From sequence record DRR378314_166: a stretch of 64,000 nt of DNA; one strand, written 5' to 3'. Positions within the stretch are counted from its first letter, which is position 1; the number at the start of each line of letters is the position of its first letter. Position numbers and translations under genes: made by a program. Shown one piece after another: positions 30,332 through 41,371 of the stretch. Below the pieces are notes generated by a model. It had not been told where the DNA came from, did not search any database, and saw nothing but the letters and a program-made list of their open reading frames with translations.

Positions 30332-30846
30332 TGCAGAGCCATGTCTTGAAACAGATAAAGTGCTGTGAACGTGGGTCGGTAGCGATTGAACTTGTTACCA
30401 TCGTTCCAATTCTTCTTCTTTTAATTGGGTTTATGGTGGATTTCAGCCGCTTCTTAACGATCAGTCAGGAGATTCACCGACAGGCACAAACCTTAATTTT
30501 TGACAAAGCGATTTGGGCAAATTTGACCGATGAAAAACTTGCTTTGATACAGGCGCTTCACTTGGATCAGACCTCAGCAAATACATGGATTGGGTTTCGG
30601 CAAATCCAGCAAGAGGCAAATGGGAACACCCAAATAATTTCAGAATATTCAGCCGGAACTGCAGGTGATGATTGCAGCTTGGAGTATCCCATATTGCCCG
30701 TTGTTGAGACGGCTGCGGTTTTCCTGCCTCGTCAGCGTTATTCCCAATTAAAAATCTGTGCCCAATTGAAGATTGGTTTGTTCAGTTTTCATGGACTTGA
30801 GCTTTGGCCAAATCAAATTTCCGCTGCGGCGATGCGTCATGATTAG
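30331..30846 (+). CDS. TadE/TadF family pseudopilin
   Basis: ERG/SVAIELVTIVP motif followed by a hydrophobic helix. Confidence 0.75.
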   Translation: MQSHVLKQIKCCERGSVAIELVTIVPILLLLIGFMVDFSRFLTISQEIHRQAQTLIFDKAIWANLTDEKLALIQALHLDQTSANTWIGFRQIQQEANGNTQIISEYSAGTAGDDCSLEYPILPVVETAAVFLPRQRYSQLKICAQLKIGLFSFHGLELWPNQISAAAMRHD

Positions 30847-30860
30847 GGCATGAAATCAAA

Positions 30861-32177
30861 ATGCAGCCACAAAATTACAGGTTTTTGAATTTTTTGATCA
30901 GGCAGGAGGAGGGCAGCATAGCCGTCAGCTTCGCCTTTTTGAGTCTAGCTATTCTGGTTTTTTTTGCTTTTGCCGTCGATGCGGGGCGTGGTCTTTCTTT
31001 AAAAGGTCATTTGGATCAGATGGCAGTTGGTGGTGTCAAATATGCAGCCTCGATCTACCTATTTCGGGACGAAGCCGAGGTTATTTCTCTAACACAACAA
31101 TATATATCAGATTTAGCCGAAAAACAGGAGATGCCATTTGTCAGCTTAAATGGTTTGACAACCACCGTCAGTATTTCCAGTGGCGCGGAGATATCAACGG
31201 CCACGGTTACGGTGGCTCGTCCCTTTTCACACTCTCTTCTGAACCAGTTTGGATATTCAGACGGTCAAGCAATGAGTTCACAGGCTAAGGTCCGAATTCG
31301 TTTGAAACCTTCAAATATTGCGCTTGTGCTGGATGGCAGCCTTGAAAGTCAAAGTGTTGGCCATGTCGCCAGTTTCAAACAGGGCGTCACTCATTTCTTG
31401 GGTGCGTTATCTCTGTTGAACGAGCAGGAGAATACGGTTGCCGTCTCTCTTCTCAATCACATGTCAGATCAGGTTAGTGTCAGACCGTTTGCAAGTTGGG
31501 TCGCTGAAACCGAGTGGCCTTTTACATCTGTGCCGCCAGCTGTACCAGGCGTTTCAGAATGGACGGGGCCTTTGGCGGACCAAAGATGGTGTGTTGGTGT
31601 TCGAGACGGCGGATTGGGTGCCGGCATAGCGCTTCCCTCAGAGGGTTTGTTCCCCCTAGTGCTGGATATCTCTGTTCAGGAGCGCGAGGCTGAACTCCCA
31701 CTTTTTCGAATTGCAACTGACGATGGTTGCCCGGACACACCGATCCATCCGCTCACACCTGATTTCCGGTCTCTTCAATCCAGTTTGGATACCAGTGTTG
31801 CGCGGGGACAGGCGAGGCCGGATCGGGGTCTGATTTGGGCCCGGCGATTAGTGGCAGAGAGTTGGCAAACTGAACTGTCGAGCGACTGGATCAGAGATAA
31901 TACCGCTGAGAAAATGATCATCATGCTGGTGGGAAGTGCCCCTCAACTTTCTCTGGCGGCGAGTGTGGATCTGCTACAAAGTTGTTCGGTGTTGATGACA
32001 GAAGGTATCAGCTTTTACGTGATCAATTGGAGCGATGAAGAAGATTGGATCGAGACATTACAGCCTTGCTTGCCACCAGAACAATATCGGCGCGTTCAAT
32101 CGCAAAGTGAATTTGAAACCGCACTTGCTGATATTGCAAAGGGTTTAATTGATGTCCAGCTAACTTCCCTTCACTAG
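30861..32177 (+). CDS. TadG-like pilus tip/anchor protein with vWA-like region
   Basis: EEG/SIAV.F, AVD.GR, IALVLDGS degenerate MIDAS. Last gene of the tad run. Confidence 0.75.
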   Translation: MQPQNYRFLNFLIRQEEGSIAVSFAFLSLAILVFFAFAVDAGRGLSLKGHLDQMAVGGVKYAASIYLFRDEAEVISLTQQYISDLAEKQEMPFVSLNGLTTTVSISSGAEISTATVTVARPFSHSLLNQFGYSDGQAMSSQAKVRIRLKPSNIALVLDGSLESQSVGHVASFKQGVTHFLGALSLLNEQENTVAVSLLNHMSDQVSVRPFASWVAETEWPFTSVPPAVPGVSEWTGPLADQRWCVGVRDGGLGAGIALPSEGLFPLVLDISVQEREAELPLFRIATDDGCPDTPIHPLTPDFRSLQSSLDTSVARGQARPDRGLIWARRLVAESWQTELSSDWIRDNTAEKMIIMLVGSAPQLSLAASVDLLQSCSVLMTEGISFYVINWSDEEDWIETLQPCLPPEQYRRVQSQSEFETALADIAKGLIDVQLTSLH

Positions 32178-33098
32178 CACCGGATCGCTACGCCAACCTG
32201 CCGGCATTATAAAATTTCGCGAGATTTCAGTGAAGTCCTCAGATTGATTTTTCCTGGCGGCGAAGGCAACCAGCAACGGGCGCGCGGCTACTTCAATCGC
32301 CTTTTCAATATCTGCCAGTGCGTCGCTAGCAGAGAGTTTTTGCCACTCATCGGCAACTGGCCCGCTCATCCATCGGAGCTTCGGCAAGATGGCATAATGG
32401 GTTGTTGTCTCTGGAAATTGAAAATCGGCCACATCGGACCAGCTCTGTAGCAGGCATTTGGGATTGACACTTCTTGGAAATGCAATTTGCCCGGCATCAC
32501 CTGTGCTCTCTCGAAAGAGGCAGCCTTTGACAAACGAATAGGATTGAATGGATGCACTTTGCAATCCCAGTTGTTTGAGGGCATCTGATCCAGCAGTTGT
32601 TTTAGGAAGAGTGAGTTGATGTTCAAATAACCGGGAGAATTTGCGGGCAAGTGTGTCCTTTTTCAGGGGGCCAATCCAATTCGCCTCGTCCAGTGGATCC
32701 CCTAAATTGGCGTATAATTTGATGGATAATTCCCAGTGATAGACAACATCTTTATATCGAAACACCAAATCCAGCTCGCCGACGGTTTGCTTTTCCTTCC
32801 AGATCTGCAAATTATGTTCAATGACGTCAACATCTGGTAACTGATCCAGCCAATAATGAACCAGCACCTCAAAATAGCCACCCAAATTCACGCGTTTCAT
32901 GCGATCGAGCATTGGCAGAATTTTTTCGGGAGAGGAGCGAAGTTCTGCAACGATCCTTTGGCTGGCGGAATGACTTGCCAGATCAGGCATCGGCGCAATT
33001 GCGGTCAGATAGGGCGTTCGGATGACCCATTCCAAATCATCTGCAACGTGGCTTAGATGCGAATTCCAGTCTAGTTGACGAATATCCCGAACCCCCAA
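32160..33098 (-). CDS. DUF1853 family protein (PD-(D/E)xK-like)
   Basis: LG.YFE, NLQI, T.GELD, HWEL..K.Y, WIGP...D.L..K. Start uncertain. Confidence 0.8.
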   Translation of the reverse strand: MGVRDIRQLDWNSHLSHVADDLEWVIRTPYLTAIAPMPDLASHSASQRIVAELRSSPEKILPMLDRMKRVNLGGYFEVLVHYWLDQLPDVDVIEHNLQIWKEKQTVGELDLVFRYKDVVYHWELSIKLYANLGDPLDEANWIGPLKKDTLARKFSRLFEHQLTLPKTTAGSDALKQLGLQSASIQSYSFVKGCLFRESTGDAGQIAFPRSVNPKCLLQSWSDVADFQFPETTTHYAILPKLRWMSGPVADEWQKLSASDALADIEKAIEVAARPLLVAFAARKNQSEDFTEISRNFIMPAGWRSDPVLVKGS

Positions 33099-33105
33099 TA
33101 AGGTG

Positions 33106-33936
33106 TTAAATGAGGCTATAGAACATTCGCAGCGAGGTCAAAAAGAGAAAGAAGGCGAAAGCCTTTTTTAACAGACCAGTATTGATGCTATGGGCGATTT
33201 TTGCCCCTACCGGAGCAAAGAGCATGGTCATGGGTACAATGGCCAGAAAGCCAATGATATTGACATATCCGATATTGCCCGGCGGTAGGTTATCAACAGA
33301 TAATCCTGAATAGAGGAACCCGACAGTGCCAGGTATGGCAATAATCAACCCGATAGCAGAGGCCGTTCCAACGGCTTTGCGGATGGGATAACTGAACAGA
33401 GTAAGGATCGGCACGGTAAAGGTGCCGCCGCCAATTCCCATCATGGCGGAAAACCATCCAATAAAAAGTGCAAACAGTTCTTTGATAGGCGAGGGCGGCA
33501 GCTTGTCTGCAAGATGTGCATTTTCCGGGCGGAAGGCCATATTTGCGGCCACTGCCAGTGCAAGGACTGCAAAAACGGCTGTCAGGATTGTCGCATTCAC
33601 CAGATTTGCCATCCAGGTCCCCCCAAGAACCCCGATAAAAATGACGATTCCCCAGCTTTTCAAGAGCTGAGTATCGATGGCCCCTTTTTTATAATGAGAC
33701 CGGGCGGAGGAAATAGAGGTGAGAATAATAGTCGCGAGGGAGGTTCCGACGGCAATATGCATGCGGATTTTGTCTTCAACCCCAAAAAAAGGGAGCAAAT
33801 GAAACAGAACCGGAACAATGACAATCCCACCGCCAACGCCGAGTAATCCAGCTAAAATGCCACCCACAACACCCGTGGCGGCAAGCGTTGCAATCATCCC
33901 GATAAGGAGGGGGATATTGTCAAATTGGTCGATCAT
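33106..33936 (-). CDS. Sulfite exporter TauE/SafE family membrane protein
   Basis: Duplicated GLLGVGGG..VP and MMGIGGG..VP motifs, AVGTS. Confidence 0.88.
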   Translation of the reverse strand: MIDQFDNIPLLIGMIATLAATGVVGGILAGLLGVGGGIVIVPVLFHLLPFFGVEDKIRMHIAVGTSLATIILTSISSARSHYKKGAIDTQLLKSWGIVIFIGVLGGTWMANLVNATILTAVFAVLALAVAANMAFRPENAHLADKLPPSPIKELFALFIGWFSAMMGIGGGTFTVPILTLFSYPIRKAVGTASAIGLIIAIPGTVGFLYSGLSVDNLPPGNIGYVNIIGFLAIVPMTMLFAPVGAKIAHSINTGLLKKAFAFFLFLTSLRMFYSLI

Positions 33937-34014
33937 TTGAAGCTCACATACAATGTACAAAATCTAAACAGGCCTGCTAAACAGCGGGACTATTGTGTCA
34001 TCTAAATAGAACCA

Positions 34015-35484
34015 TCAGTTGGTTTTAAGCAAGTTTCTAATCACAAGTTCCAGCTTGTTTAGAGAATTGCAGACTTCAGCCACAGTGCAGTTAGGTGCAA
34101 TTCTGTTCATTTCGCTGTCACCGGAGCCCCATATGTTTTTCCGCTCCGGGTTCAGCCAGATAACCCTTTTTGATTTGTTTTTAATCTCCCGCAGGATATC
34201 TACACGGGGATCTGCGCCATTCGATCGCCCATCACCAAGGAATATAACTGTCGTGCGGTTATCAATTTCGTTCATCACAAGATCCCGAAAATCTTCCATT
34301 GCCCGACCATAGTCAGTGGACCGTCCGCCAAAGCGTTCAATGGCCTCTGGAATAGCTTCTTCAGGTCCGCGGCGGTCAAACAGATCAGTGACTTCTCCTA
34401 ATGTTCCAGAAAACGCGAATGAGCGAACATTGGGCAGGACCTCATTCATGCTGTAGAGAAATAACAGTAGGAAGCGGGCGACCGCTGCAACAGATCCACT
34501 GACATCACACACGGCATAGACTTTGGGTCTGTCTTTTTCCTTTTGTTTCCAATGGGTTTCAAATAGCAATCCGTCATAAGCCACATTCCGCCGCATGGTT
34601 TTCCGAATATCCAGATGCCCGCGGTTTTTCACCTTTTTAACTCTGGAATTCATATCGCTGAGACGCTTGGCCATTTTATGAACCATGTCTCTCATAATCT
34701 TAAAGTCGCGGTTCTCGACATTGGAGAGGCTGACTTTTTTGAGGACATCTTGGCGAAATTCCAGGCTTTTCCCGGCACTGGTGAGAGCGAGTTGTCGCTC
34801 GACCATGTCCCGGACCGCGTCAAATAAAATGCCGAGGCGGCGATCCAATTCCTCTGCACCGGCTTCATCATCAACTTTACGTCGGTTTGAAATTTCCCCG
34901 GTGACTTCCGAAAGACCCATTTCCTCAATAATGCGACGGGTGAAAAGCCCTCGTTGAGTGGAGAGAACAATGTTGGAAAGCCCAACTGCATCTGCTGCCT
35001 GTGTCATGGAAAGGGTAAGGGCGGTGCGATCTGCTCGTTCCAGCATGGAAAGCAGGGAGTTGTCTGTCTCCTCCGCACTGCTACTGCCGGAACCTGTTCC
35101 AGATTGATTTGTATCACCGCTTCCACCGCCTGCGCCGCCACCCATAGGCGCCCCTGATGGAGCAGAGGTGTCGTCCAGGGCGTTCAGGCTTTCGGCGGCC
35201 TGTTCCGCAGGATCAGGAGTCTCTTTCGCTTCGGTATCAGGCTCAAGATCCTCTCCCAGTTCCAGCTCTGTGTTAATTGAAAAGAATTCATCAAAGCACT
35301 GATTGAAACTGGTAGTTTCGTCGGTTGTTTTCGCCATGACCTGCGACAGAGCCGCTTTTAATAATGTCTTGTCACTATAGCCCAGCAGATCGATTGTTTT
35401 CGCGGCGTCCACTGCTTCTCCAATAGAGACAGGGACATTGGCATACCGCAACATCTCCACAAATTCGGCAAGCGGACGGTTCAT
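34015..35484 (-). CDS. VWA-domain CoxE-like protein
   Basis: LD.RKT.R.N, CDVSGSV MIDAS, STDYG, LGDGRSN, WLNPE...WG.GDS.M. Confidence 0.88.
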   Translation of the reverse strand: MNRPLAEFVEMLRYANVPVSIGEAVDAAKTIDLLGYSDKTLLKAALSQVMAKTTDETTSFNQCFDEFFSINTELELGEDLEPDTEAKETPDPAEQAAESLNALDDTSAPSGAPMGGGAGGGSGDTNQSGTGSGSSSAEETDNSLLSMLERADRTALTLSMTQAADAVGLSNIVLSTQRGLFTRRIIEEMGLSEVTGEISNRRKVDDEAGAEELDRRLGILFDAVRDMVERQLALTSAGKSLEFRQDVLKKVSLSNVENRDFKIMRDMVHKMAKRLSDMNSRVKKVKNRGHLDIRKTMRRNVAYDGLLFETHWKQKEKDRPKVYAVCDVSGSVAAVARFLLLFLYSMNEVLPNVRSFAFSGTLGEVTDLFDRRGPEEAIPEAIERFGGRSTDYGRAMEDFRDLVMNEIDNRTTVIFLGDGRSNGADPRVDILREIKNKSKRVIWLNPERKNIWGSGDSEMNRIAPNCTVAEVCNSLNKLELVIRNLLKTN

Positions 35485-36431
35485 CAGCGGTTCACTTTCC
35501 GGGCGGCAGCAACCAGTTTGGGAACTTCCGGATCCATACTGTCGATATCATCTTCAAATTTAAGCAGCATGTTCAGCGTATTTCGGACCAGCTCCGTATC
35601 CAGGTTTTCAGCATGCAACAACATCAAGGTGCGAGCCCAATCAATGGTTTCGCTGACAGCAGGCAGCTTCTTTAGGTCCTGCGTCCGAAGTTGTTGAACA
35701 AATTCAACAAGCTGGTTACGCAAACTCTCATCAATTTCAGGAACCCGGGCCTTGATGATCATACGTTCACGTTCAGCATCCGGAAACGGTATATAGAGAT
35801 GCAGGCAACGCCGCTTCAGGGCATCTCCCATTTCTCTGCTATTATTGCTGGTCAGGAAAACAATTGGCTTTGTTCGGGCTTTGATCGTGCCGATTTCGGG
35901 AACAGTAATCTGATAATCAGATAAGATTTCCAGCAGATAAGCTTCAAATTCATGATCTGATTTATCAATCTCATCAATCAGCAATACGCATTGTTTTTCC
36001 GATTGTAGGGCTTTTAATAGTGGTCGGGTTTCCAGGAATTTTTCGGAAAAGAAATGATCGCCAAAGGTATGAAGCTTATCCATAGACGCTTCCAACCCGA
36101 CCGCGTCTTCCAGCAGATCACCCAACTTTTCTTTGAGGATCTGAGTGTAGAGCAGCTGTTTGCCGTATTTCCATTCGTAAAGTGCCTTGCTTTCATCGAG
36201 CCCTTCATAACATTGCAAGCGGATCAGATCCGCTTGCATCAGATCTGCAGTTGCCTTTGCCAGCTCTGTTTTGCCAACGCCAGGAGGGCCCTCTACAAGG
36301 ATGGGTTTGTCCAGCTTTTGGGAGAGGTAGATGGATGTTGCAGTGTGCCGGTCACAAATATAGCCGGACTTTTCGAACCGTGCTTGGATTGCTTCAATAG
36401 CTGCGAGGGGCTCTTTATCGATTACTGTCAC
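35484..36431 (-). CDS. MoxR-family AAA+ ATPase (CoxD-like)
   Basis: EGPPGVGKTE, RLQCYEGLDE..ALYEW.Y.KQ, LIDEIDK, DALKRRC. Start estimated at GTG 36431; the track ORF extends into alaS. Confidence 0.88.
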   Translation of the reverse strand: MTVIDKEPLAAIEAIQARFEKSGYICDRHTATSIYLSQKLDKPILVEGPPGVGKTELAKATADLMQADLIRLQCYEGLDESKALYEWKYGKQLLYTQILKEKLGDLLEDAVGLEASMDKLHTFGDHFFSEKFLETRPLLKALQSEKQCVLLIDEIDKSDHEFEAYLLEILSDYQITVPEIGTIKARTKPIVFLTSNNSREMGDALKRRCLHLYIPFPDAERERMIIKARVPEIDESLRNQLVEFVQQLRTQDLKKLPAVSETIDWARTLMLLHAENLDTELVRNTLNMLLKFEDDIDSMDPEVPKLVAAARKVNR

Positions 36432-36666
36432 TTGAATTTCCGATATGTTGAATTCCGGTTCAAAAACCGCTCTGTTCTTATTTATTATTGTTTGATTTTC
36501 CTTCCTTAACAGGAAAAGGTCAATTGATCCAGTCTTAGCCATGCTTACATACAGGCATGATGCTGGACATCGATGTGCCAGCACTGTAAAAGGCGAGGCT
36601 GGACAACAGTTTGACTGAGCTTGAAAGTAGCCCTTGCCAGATGATTGGCGATGGAGAGTATAGAAA

Positions 36667-39321
36667 ATGACAACGGCAAAAGAAATTCGATCCGGGTTCC
36701 TCAATTATTTTGGCAAAAATGGCCATGAAATTGTTGATAGTTCTCCGCTGGTTCCGCTGAACGACCCAACTTTGCTGTTTACAAATGCGGGAATGGTTCA
36801 GTTCAAGAACGTTTTTACCGGGCAGGAAAAACGCCCCTATGACCGTGCTGTCACAACCCAGAAATGCGTGCGCGCCGGTGGTAAGCATAATGACCTGGAA
36901 AATGTCGGTTATACAGCGCGTCATCACACGTTTTTTGAAATGCTTGGAAATTTTTCTTTTGGCGATTATTTCAAGGATCGGGCTATTGAGCTGGCCTGGA
37001 ACCTGCTGACCAAAGAATTTGGGCTGAATAAAGAAAAGCTGCTAGTCACTGTTTATCACGATGATGATCAAGCCGTTGATCTTTGGAAAAAAGTTGCGGG
37101 CCTAACCGATGATCGCATCATCCGGATTGCAACTTCCGATAACTTCTGGTCCATGGGTGATACCGGACCTTGTGGCCCTTGTTCAGAGATTTTCTATGAT
37201 CATGGAGAGGATATCCCGGGTGGCCCTCCAGGCTCGCCCGATGAGGATGGGGACCGATTTATTGAAATCTGGAACCTGGTCTTTATGCAGTTTGAACAAC
37301 AAGCTGGGGGTGATCGATTGGATTTGCCGCGCCCATCAATTGATACCGGAATGGGACTTGAACGGATTGCCGCCGTTTTACAAGGCAAACATGACAACTA
37401 TGATATCGATCTGATGCGCCGGATTATCGAGGCGTCTGCCGATGCGTCAAATGTATCTGCTGATGGCGAATTTGCCGTCTCTCACCGGGTCATTGCAGAT
37501 CATTTAAGGTCATCCTCTTTTTTGATGGCTGATGGGGTGCTTCCGTCCAACGAAGGACGGGGCTATGTGCTTCGCCGGATTATGCGTCGGGCCATGCGCC
37601 ATGCCCATATTCTGGGGGCTAAGGATCCAATGGTCTGGAAACTGGTGCCAATATTGGTTGACGAAATGGGCGCAGCCTTTCCAGAACTGGAACGGGCGCA
37701 ATCCCTGATTACCGAAACACTGAAAACCGAAGAAACCCGGTTCAAGGAAACGTTGGGCCGGGGTTTGAAATTGCTTGAAGATGCAACAGATAAGCTGAGT
37801 GACAGTGAAGCGCTTTCTGGAGATGTTGCCTTTAAACTCTATGACACTTATGGCTTTCCGCTCGATTTGACCAAGGATATCCTTCGGGGGCAGGGGCGTC
37901 AGCTGGATGAAGCCAGTTTTGATGTCGCCATGACAAAGCAGAAAGAAGCGGCTCGCGCTGCATGGTCTGGATCTGGTGATGCTGCAACCGACAAGCTGTG
38001 GTTTGACCTGAGGGACAAATTAAGCGCGACAGAATTCCTTGGTTATCAAACAGAAGCAGCCGAAGGTCAGGTCCAGGCATTGATCATTGATGGCAATGAA
38101 GTGTCGTCTGCTTCTGAAGGGGATGAGGTGATGGTGATCCTGAACCAGACCGCCTTTTATGCGGAATCTGGTGGTCAGGAAGGCGACTGCGGCGATCTGG
38201 TAAACGAGGCAGGTCTTAAAATTGATGTCACAGATACCCAGAAAAAAGAAAATCTGTTCGTTCATGTGGGCACGGTTTTAAACGGTGCTGTCAGCGTCGG
38301 TGATGTGGTTGAAACACAGGTGCAAACAGATCGACGGTCCCGATTGAAGGCGCACCATTCGGCAACCCATCTGCTGCATGAATCCCTGCGCCAACGGCTT
38401 GGTGATCATGTGACGCAGAAGGGATCGCTGGTTGCAGAAGATCGGCTTCGCTTTGATATTGCTCATCCCAAGCCGGTGACATCGGCAGAATTACGTCAGG
38501 TTGAAAAAGACGTTAATGACCGTATTCGCCAGAACGCATCGGTTGATGTCCATCTGACAACGCCGGAGGATGCTATCAAGGCAGGAGCTATGGCCTTGTT
38601 CGGTGAAAAATACGGGGATGAAGTTCGGGTGGTATCCATGGGTGGGTTGGATCCTTCCAAAGGCGACGGAAAAACCTATTCTTCAGAACTGTGCGGTGGC
38701 ACCCATGTCAATCGAACCGGTGATATCGGGTTTTTCAAAATTGTCTCCGAAGGGGGACTGGCTGCTGGTATTCGGCGGATAGAAGCAGTTGCAGGCGCAG
38801 CAGCCCTTGATTATGTGAATGATCGTGAGCGGCTACTGAGTGAAGCGGCTGGTGCCCTCAAAGCGTCACCGCAGGAATTGACAGCCCGGGTAAGTGGCCT
38901 CCTGGAAGAGCGGAAGAAGCTTGAAAAAGAACTGAAAGAGACCCGCAAGAAACTGGCAACAGGCGGCGCGGCTTCTGCCGATCAAGCTGTTGAAACAGTT
39001 GGCGGCAATAGTTTTGTTGCCCGTGTACTTGAAGATGTCCCGCCCAAGGACCTGAAGCCCATGGCGGATGATATTAAGGCTCAGATTAAATCTGGTGTCA
39101 TTGTCCTGATTGCCGTTAATGAGGGCAAGGCCTCAATTGTTGTGGGTGTTACTGAGGATTTATCGGGGCAGATCAGCGCGGTTGATCTTGTTCGTGTCGG
39201 CTCCGAAGCGCTTGGCGGTAAGGGGGGCGGTGGCCGTCCAGATATGGCACAAGCGGGTGGTCCAGATGCCACTAAGGGGAATGAGGCAATCGCGGCTATC
39301 AAAGCCTCCCTTGGCAACTGA
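36667..39321 (+). CDS. alaS: Alanine--tRNA ligase
   Basis: [59 protein letters not shown]. Confidence 0.99.
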   Translation: MTTAKEIRSGFLNYFGKNGHEIVDSSPLVPLNDPTLLFTNAGMVQFKNVFTGQEKRPYDRAVTTQKCVRAGGKHNDLENVGYTARHHTFFEMLGNFSFGDYFKDRAIELAWNLLTKEFGLNKEKLLVTVYHDDDQAVDLWKKVAGLTDDRIIRIATSDNFWSMGDTGPCGPCSEIFYDHGEDIPGGPPGSPDEDGDRFIEIWNLVFMQFEQQAGGDRLDLPRPSIDTGMGLERIAAVLQGKHDNYDIDLMRRIIEASADASNVSADGEFAVSHRVIADHLRSSSFLMADGVLPSNEGRGYVLRRIMRRAMRHAHILGAKDPMVWKLVPILVDEMGAAFPELERAQSLITETLKTEETRFKETLGRGLKLLEDATDKLSDSEALSGDVAFKLYDTYGFPLDLTKDILRGQGRQLDEASFDVAMTKQKEAARAAWSGSGDAATDKLWFDLRDKLSATEFLGYQTEAAEGQVQALIIDGNEVSSASEGDEVMVILNQTAFYAESGGQEGDCGDLVNEAGLKIDVTDTQKKENLFVHVGTVLNGAVSVGDVVETQVQTDRRSRLKAHHSATHLLHESLRQRLGDHVTQKGSLVAEDRLRFDIAHPKPVTSAELRQVEKDVNDRIRQNASVDVHLTTPEDAIKAGAMALFGEKYGDEVRVVSMGGLDPSKGDGKTYSSELCGGTHVNRTGDIGFFKIVSEGGLAAGIRRIEAVAGAAALDYVNDRERLLSEAAGALKASPQELTARVSGLLEERKKLEKELKETRKKLATGGAASADQAVETVGGNSFVARVLEDVPPKDLKPMADDIKAQIKSGVIVLIAVNEGKASIVVGVTEDLSGQISAVDLVRVGSEALGGKGGGGRPDMAQAGGPDATKGNEAIAAIKASLGN

Positions 39322-39332
39322 ATAAAGGCATT

Positions 39333-39428
39333 AGAAAACAGAAAACGGCAGGTGGGGGACCTGCCGTCTTCCTCTGTGCAATGCGGGAGCACAGTACGCC
39401 TCCGAGTGACTACTCGAACTCCCTTTAC
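39333..39428 (-). ncRNA. Candidate three-hairpin small RNA between alaS and htpX
   Basis: Three stems (39403-39416, 39374-39394, 39345-39367). The last is followed by a U-rich tract on the minus strand, and there is no minus-strand CDS upstream. Ends approximate. Confidence 0.5.
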
Positions 39429-39590
39429 AGTTATATATGTCAGTGCTTTGCAAAGGGAAGCTTACATTTAGAATGAATTAATGGCAGGCATAAGACCGAC
39501 TTTGGGAAAAAATAAGGCAAGGGTAATTTAACCGGTTATCTGAAGTTTTTATCCAGTCTGGTTTTTGGAGGCCTTTCATTCCGATCTCTA

Positions 39591-39617
39591 TTGAAACCAG
39601 CCTGAGAAAATCCTACT
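39591..39617 (+). promoter_or_regulatory. RpoH (sigma32)-like promoter of htpX
   Basis: TTGAA-N16-CCTACT resembles the alphaproteobacterial RpoH consensus and sits 35 nt upstream of a heat-shock protease gene. Confidence 0.6.
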
Positions 39618-39652
39618 TTCCAAATGTGGTTCTCTTTAGAGGCTAGACATCA

Positions 39653-40615
39653 ATGAACTTCTTTAAAACGGGTATTCTAATCGCAGGTATCACGGCCCTC
39701 TTTTTAGGGGTGGGGTTCGCGGTAGGCGGTGAAGTGGGCATGTTGATTGCATTGGTAGTTGCCGTTGCAATGAACGGGTTTGCTTACTGGAATTCAGACA
39801 AAATGGTGCTTCGCATGTATGGAGCCCGAGAAGTGAGCGAGGCCCAAGCCCCTGAATTTGTTCGTCTGGTCAGGCAACTGTCAATTCGTGCTGAACTGCC
39901 GATGCCCAAAGTCTATATCATGGAAAACCCACAGCCCAACGCGTTTGCCACCGGACGTAACCCGGAAAATGCGGCCGTCGCGGCAACTACGGGCCTGCTT
40001 AAAATGATGTCTACCGAGGAACTGGCCGGTGTGATGGCCCATGAACTGGCCCATGTGCGAAATCGGGATACATTGATTATGACGGTGACGGCGACTATCG
40101 CCGGTGCGATAAGTATGTTGGCCAATTTTGCCTTATTTTTCGGCGGTAATCGGAATAATAATCTTGGCATTATTGGAACGCTGGCGATGGTCATTTTAGC
40201 ACCGATTGCGGCCATGCTTGTTCAGATGGCGATTAGTCGGACACGGGAATATTCAGCAGATAAAGCTGGTGGTGAGATCTGCGGAAATCCTGAGTGGTTG
40301 GCCAGTGCGCTGGTTAAACTTCAAAATGGGGCTTCGCGGATTGAAAATGTAACTGCCGAGCAAAACCCTGCATCTGCCAATCTCTTTATCATTAATCCTT
40401 TGCACGGTAAGGGCGCGGATAATCTTTTTTCAACGCATCCTTCGACGGAAAACCGGGTGGCGCGTTTGATGGATATGGCTAAATCTTTGACACGAAAACC
40501 CGCGTCAAAGGTGTGGGCCAGTCAAAAGAAAAAATCCGGGAGAACCTCTGTTCCCAAGGCAGGTAAACCTGATGTTTCAGGTAAAAAAGGGCCTCACACT
40601 CCCTGGAGTGACTAA
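39653..40615 (+). CDS. htpX: Zinc metalloprotease HtpX
   Basis: [31 protein letters not shown]. Confidence 0.96.
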   Translation: MNFFKTGILIAGITALFLGVGFAVGGEVGMLIALVVAVAMNGFAYWNSDKMVLRMYGAREVSEAQAPEFVRLVRQLSIRAELPMPKVYIMENPQPNAFATGRNPENAAVAATTGLLKMMSTEELAGVMAHELAHVRNRDTLIMTVTATIAGAISMLANFALFFGGNRNNNLGIIGTLAMVILAPIAAMLVQMAISRTREYSADKAGGEICGNPEWLASALVKLQNGASRIENVTAEQNPASANLFIINPLHGKGADNLFSTHPSTENRVARLMDMAKSLTRKPASKVWASQKKKSGRTSVPKAGKPDVSGKKGPHTPWSD

Positions 40616-41241
40616 GTGTTGCGCGGGTTCTTAACCATCGCCCGAATGAGGAAATTTGCCAGTAACTGGACAAATTCTTCCCGGCTTTTTCCCATCCGAT
40701 AGGCTTGCGGGGCGGATGACTGGATCAAGCCCATCATCGCATGCCCCATCAGTTCCGGGTCCACATCTTCATACAGTTCATCCTGGGTCTTTGCGCGTGT
40801 CAGGATCTTGATAAAGCCGGCTGCAAATTTGCTTCGCACAAATTTACTGGTGGAATCGGTAGGGTCAAACACCTTGGTGTCAACCAACGCCGATCGCAAA
40901 AGGCCAGGGTTCTGTTCGGCGAATTCCTGAATAGCTGTGAGGGCGAAATGAATATATTCCTCAAAACTATCCACCTGAGGAATATGTGTTAAGACAAAGT
41001 CATGCAGGTCTTCCTGTGCTTCACTTGCAAAGGCGAGGAAGATTTCCCGTTTATCATGAAAGTGGCTGTAAAAGGTGCCATGCGCAACATCAGCAGCTTT
41101 TGCAATGTCCTGAGGGCGGGTTTCATGATAGCCCCGCTGAATAAAAAGTTGACGAGCAGCAGCCAGCAATCTCCCTCTTTTCTCTGCTTTACGCTTGCTC
41201 GCACGATCGGTTGCAGGCTTCCCCTCGAGTGCATCCGTCAT
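40612..41241 (-). CDS. TetR/AcrR family regulator
   Basis: LL.AA..LF...GY..T...DIA..A.VA.GTFY.HF.DK. Divergent from the acyl-CoA synthetase gene. Confidence 0.92.
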   Translation of the reverse strand: MTDALEGKPATDRASKRKAEKRGRLLAAARQLFIQRGYHETRPQDIAKAADVAHGTFYSHFHDKREIFLAFASEAQEDLHDFVLTHIPQVDSFEEYIHFALTAIQEFAEQNPGLLRSALVDTKVFDPTDSTSKFVRSKFAAGFIKILTRAKTQDELYEDVDPELMGHAMMGLIQSSAPQAYRMGKSREEFVQLLANFLIRAMVKNPRNT

Positions 41242-41291
41242 GTGGCTCTGACCCCTTATTATTTTTTTTCAGCTGACGCTGGTATTTCTTA

Positions 41292-41304
41292 TGACAATTT
41301 GTCA
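41292..41304. promoter_or_regulatory. Candidate TetR operator TGACAA-T-TTGTCA
   Basis: Perfect palindrome in the short divergent region between the TetR and fcs-like genes. Confidence 0.55.
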
Positions 41305-41371
41305 ATATCGCAAAAAGACTACCAGTCAGCCTATAAAAACTGAACTAAAAAATTGGGGAGACGCGACCGGT

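Noticed and set aside
32160-33098. DUF1853 as an anti-phage nuclease
   Set aside because: It has a nuclease-like motif but no defence-island context or partner genes.
36432-36704. N-terminal extension of the MoxR ORF given in the track
   Set aside because: Overlaps the alaS start and promoter region and is non-homologous; a start near 36431 is more plausible.
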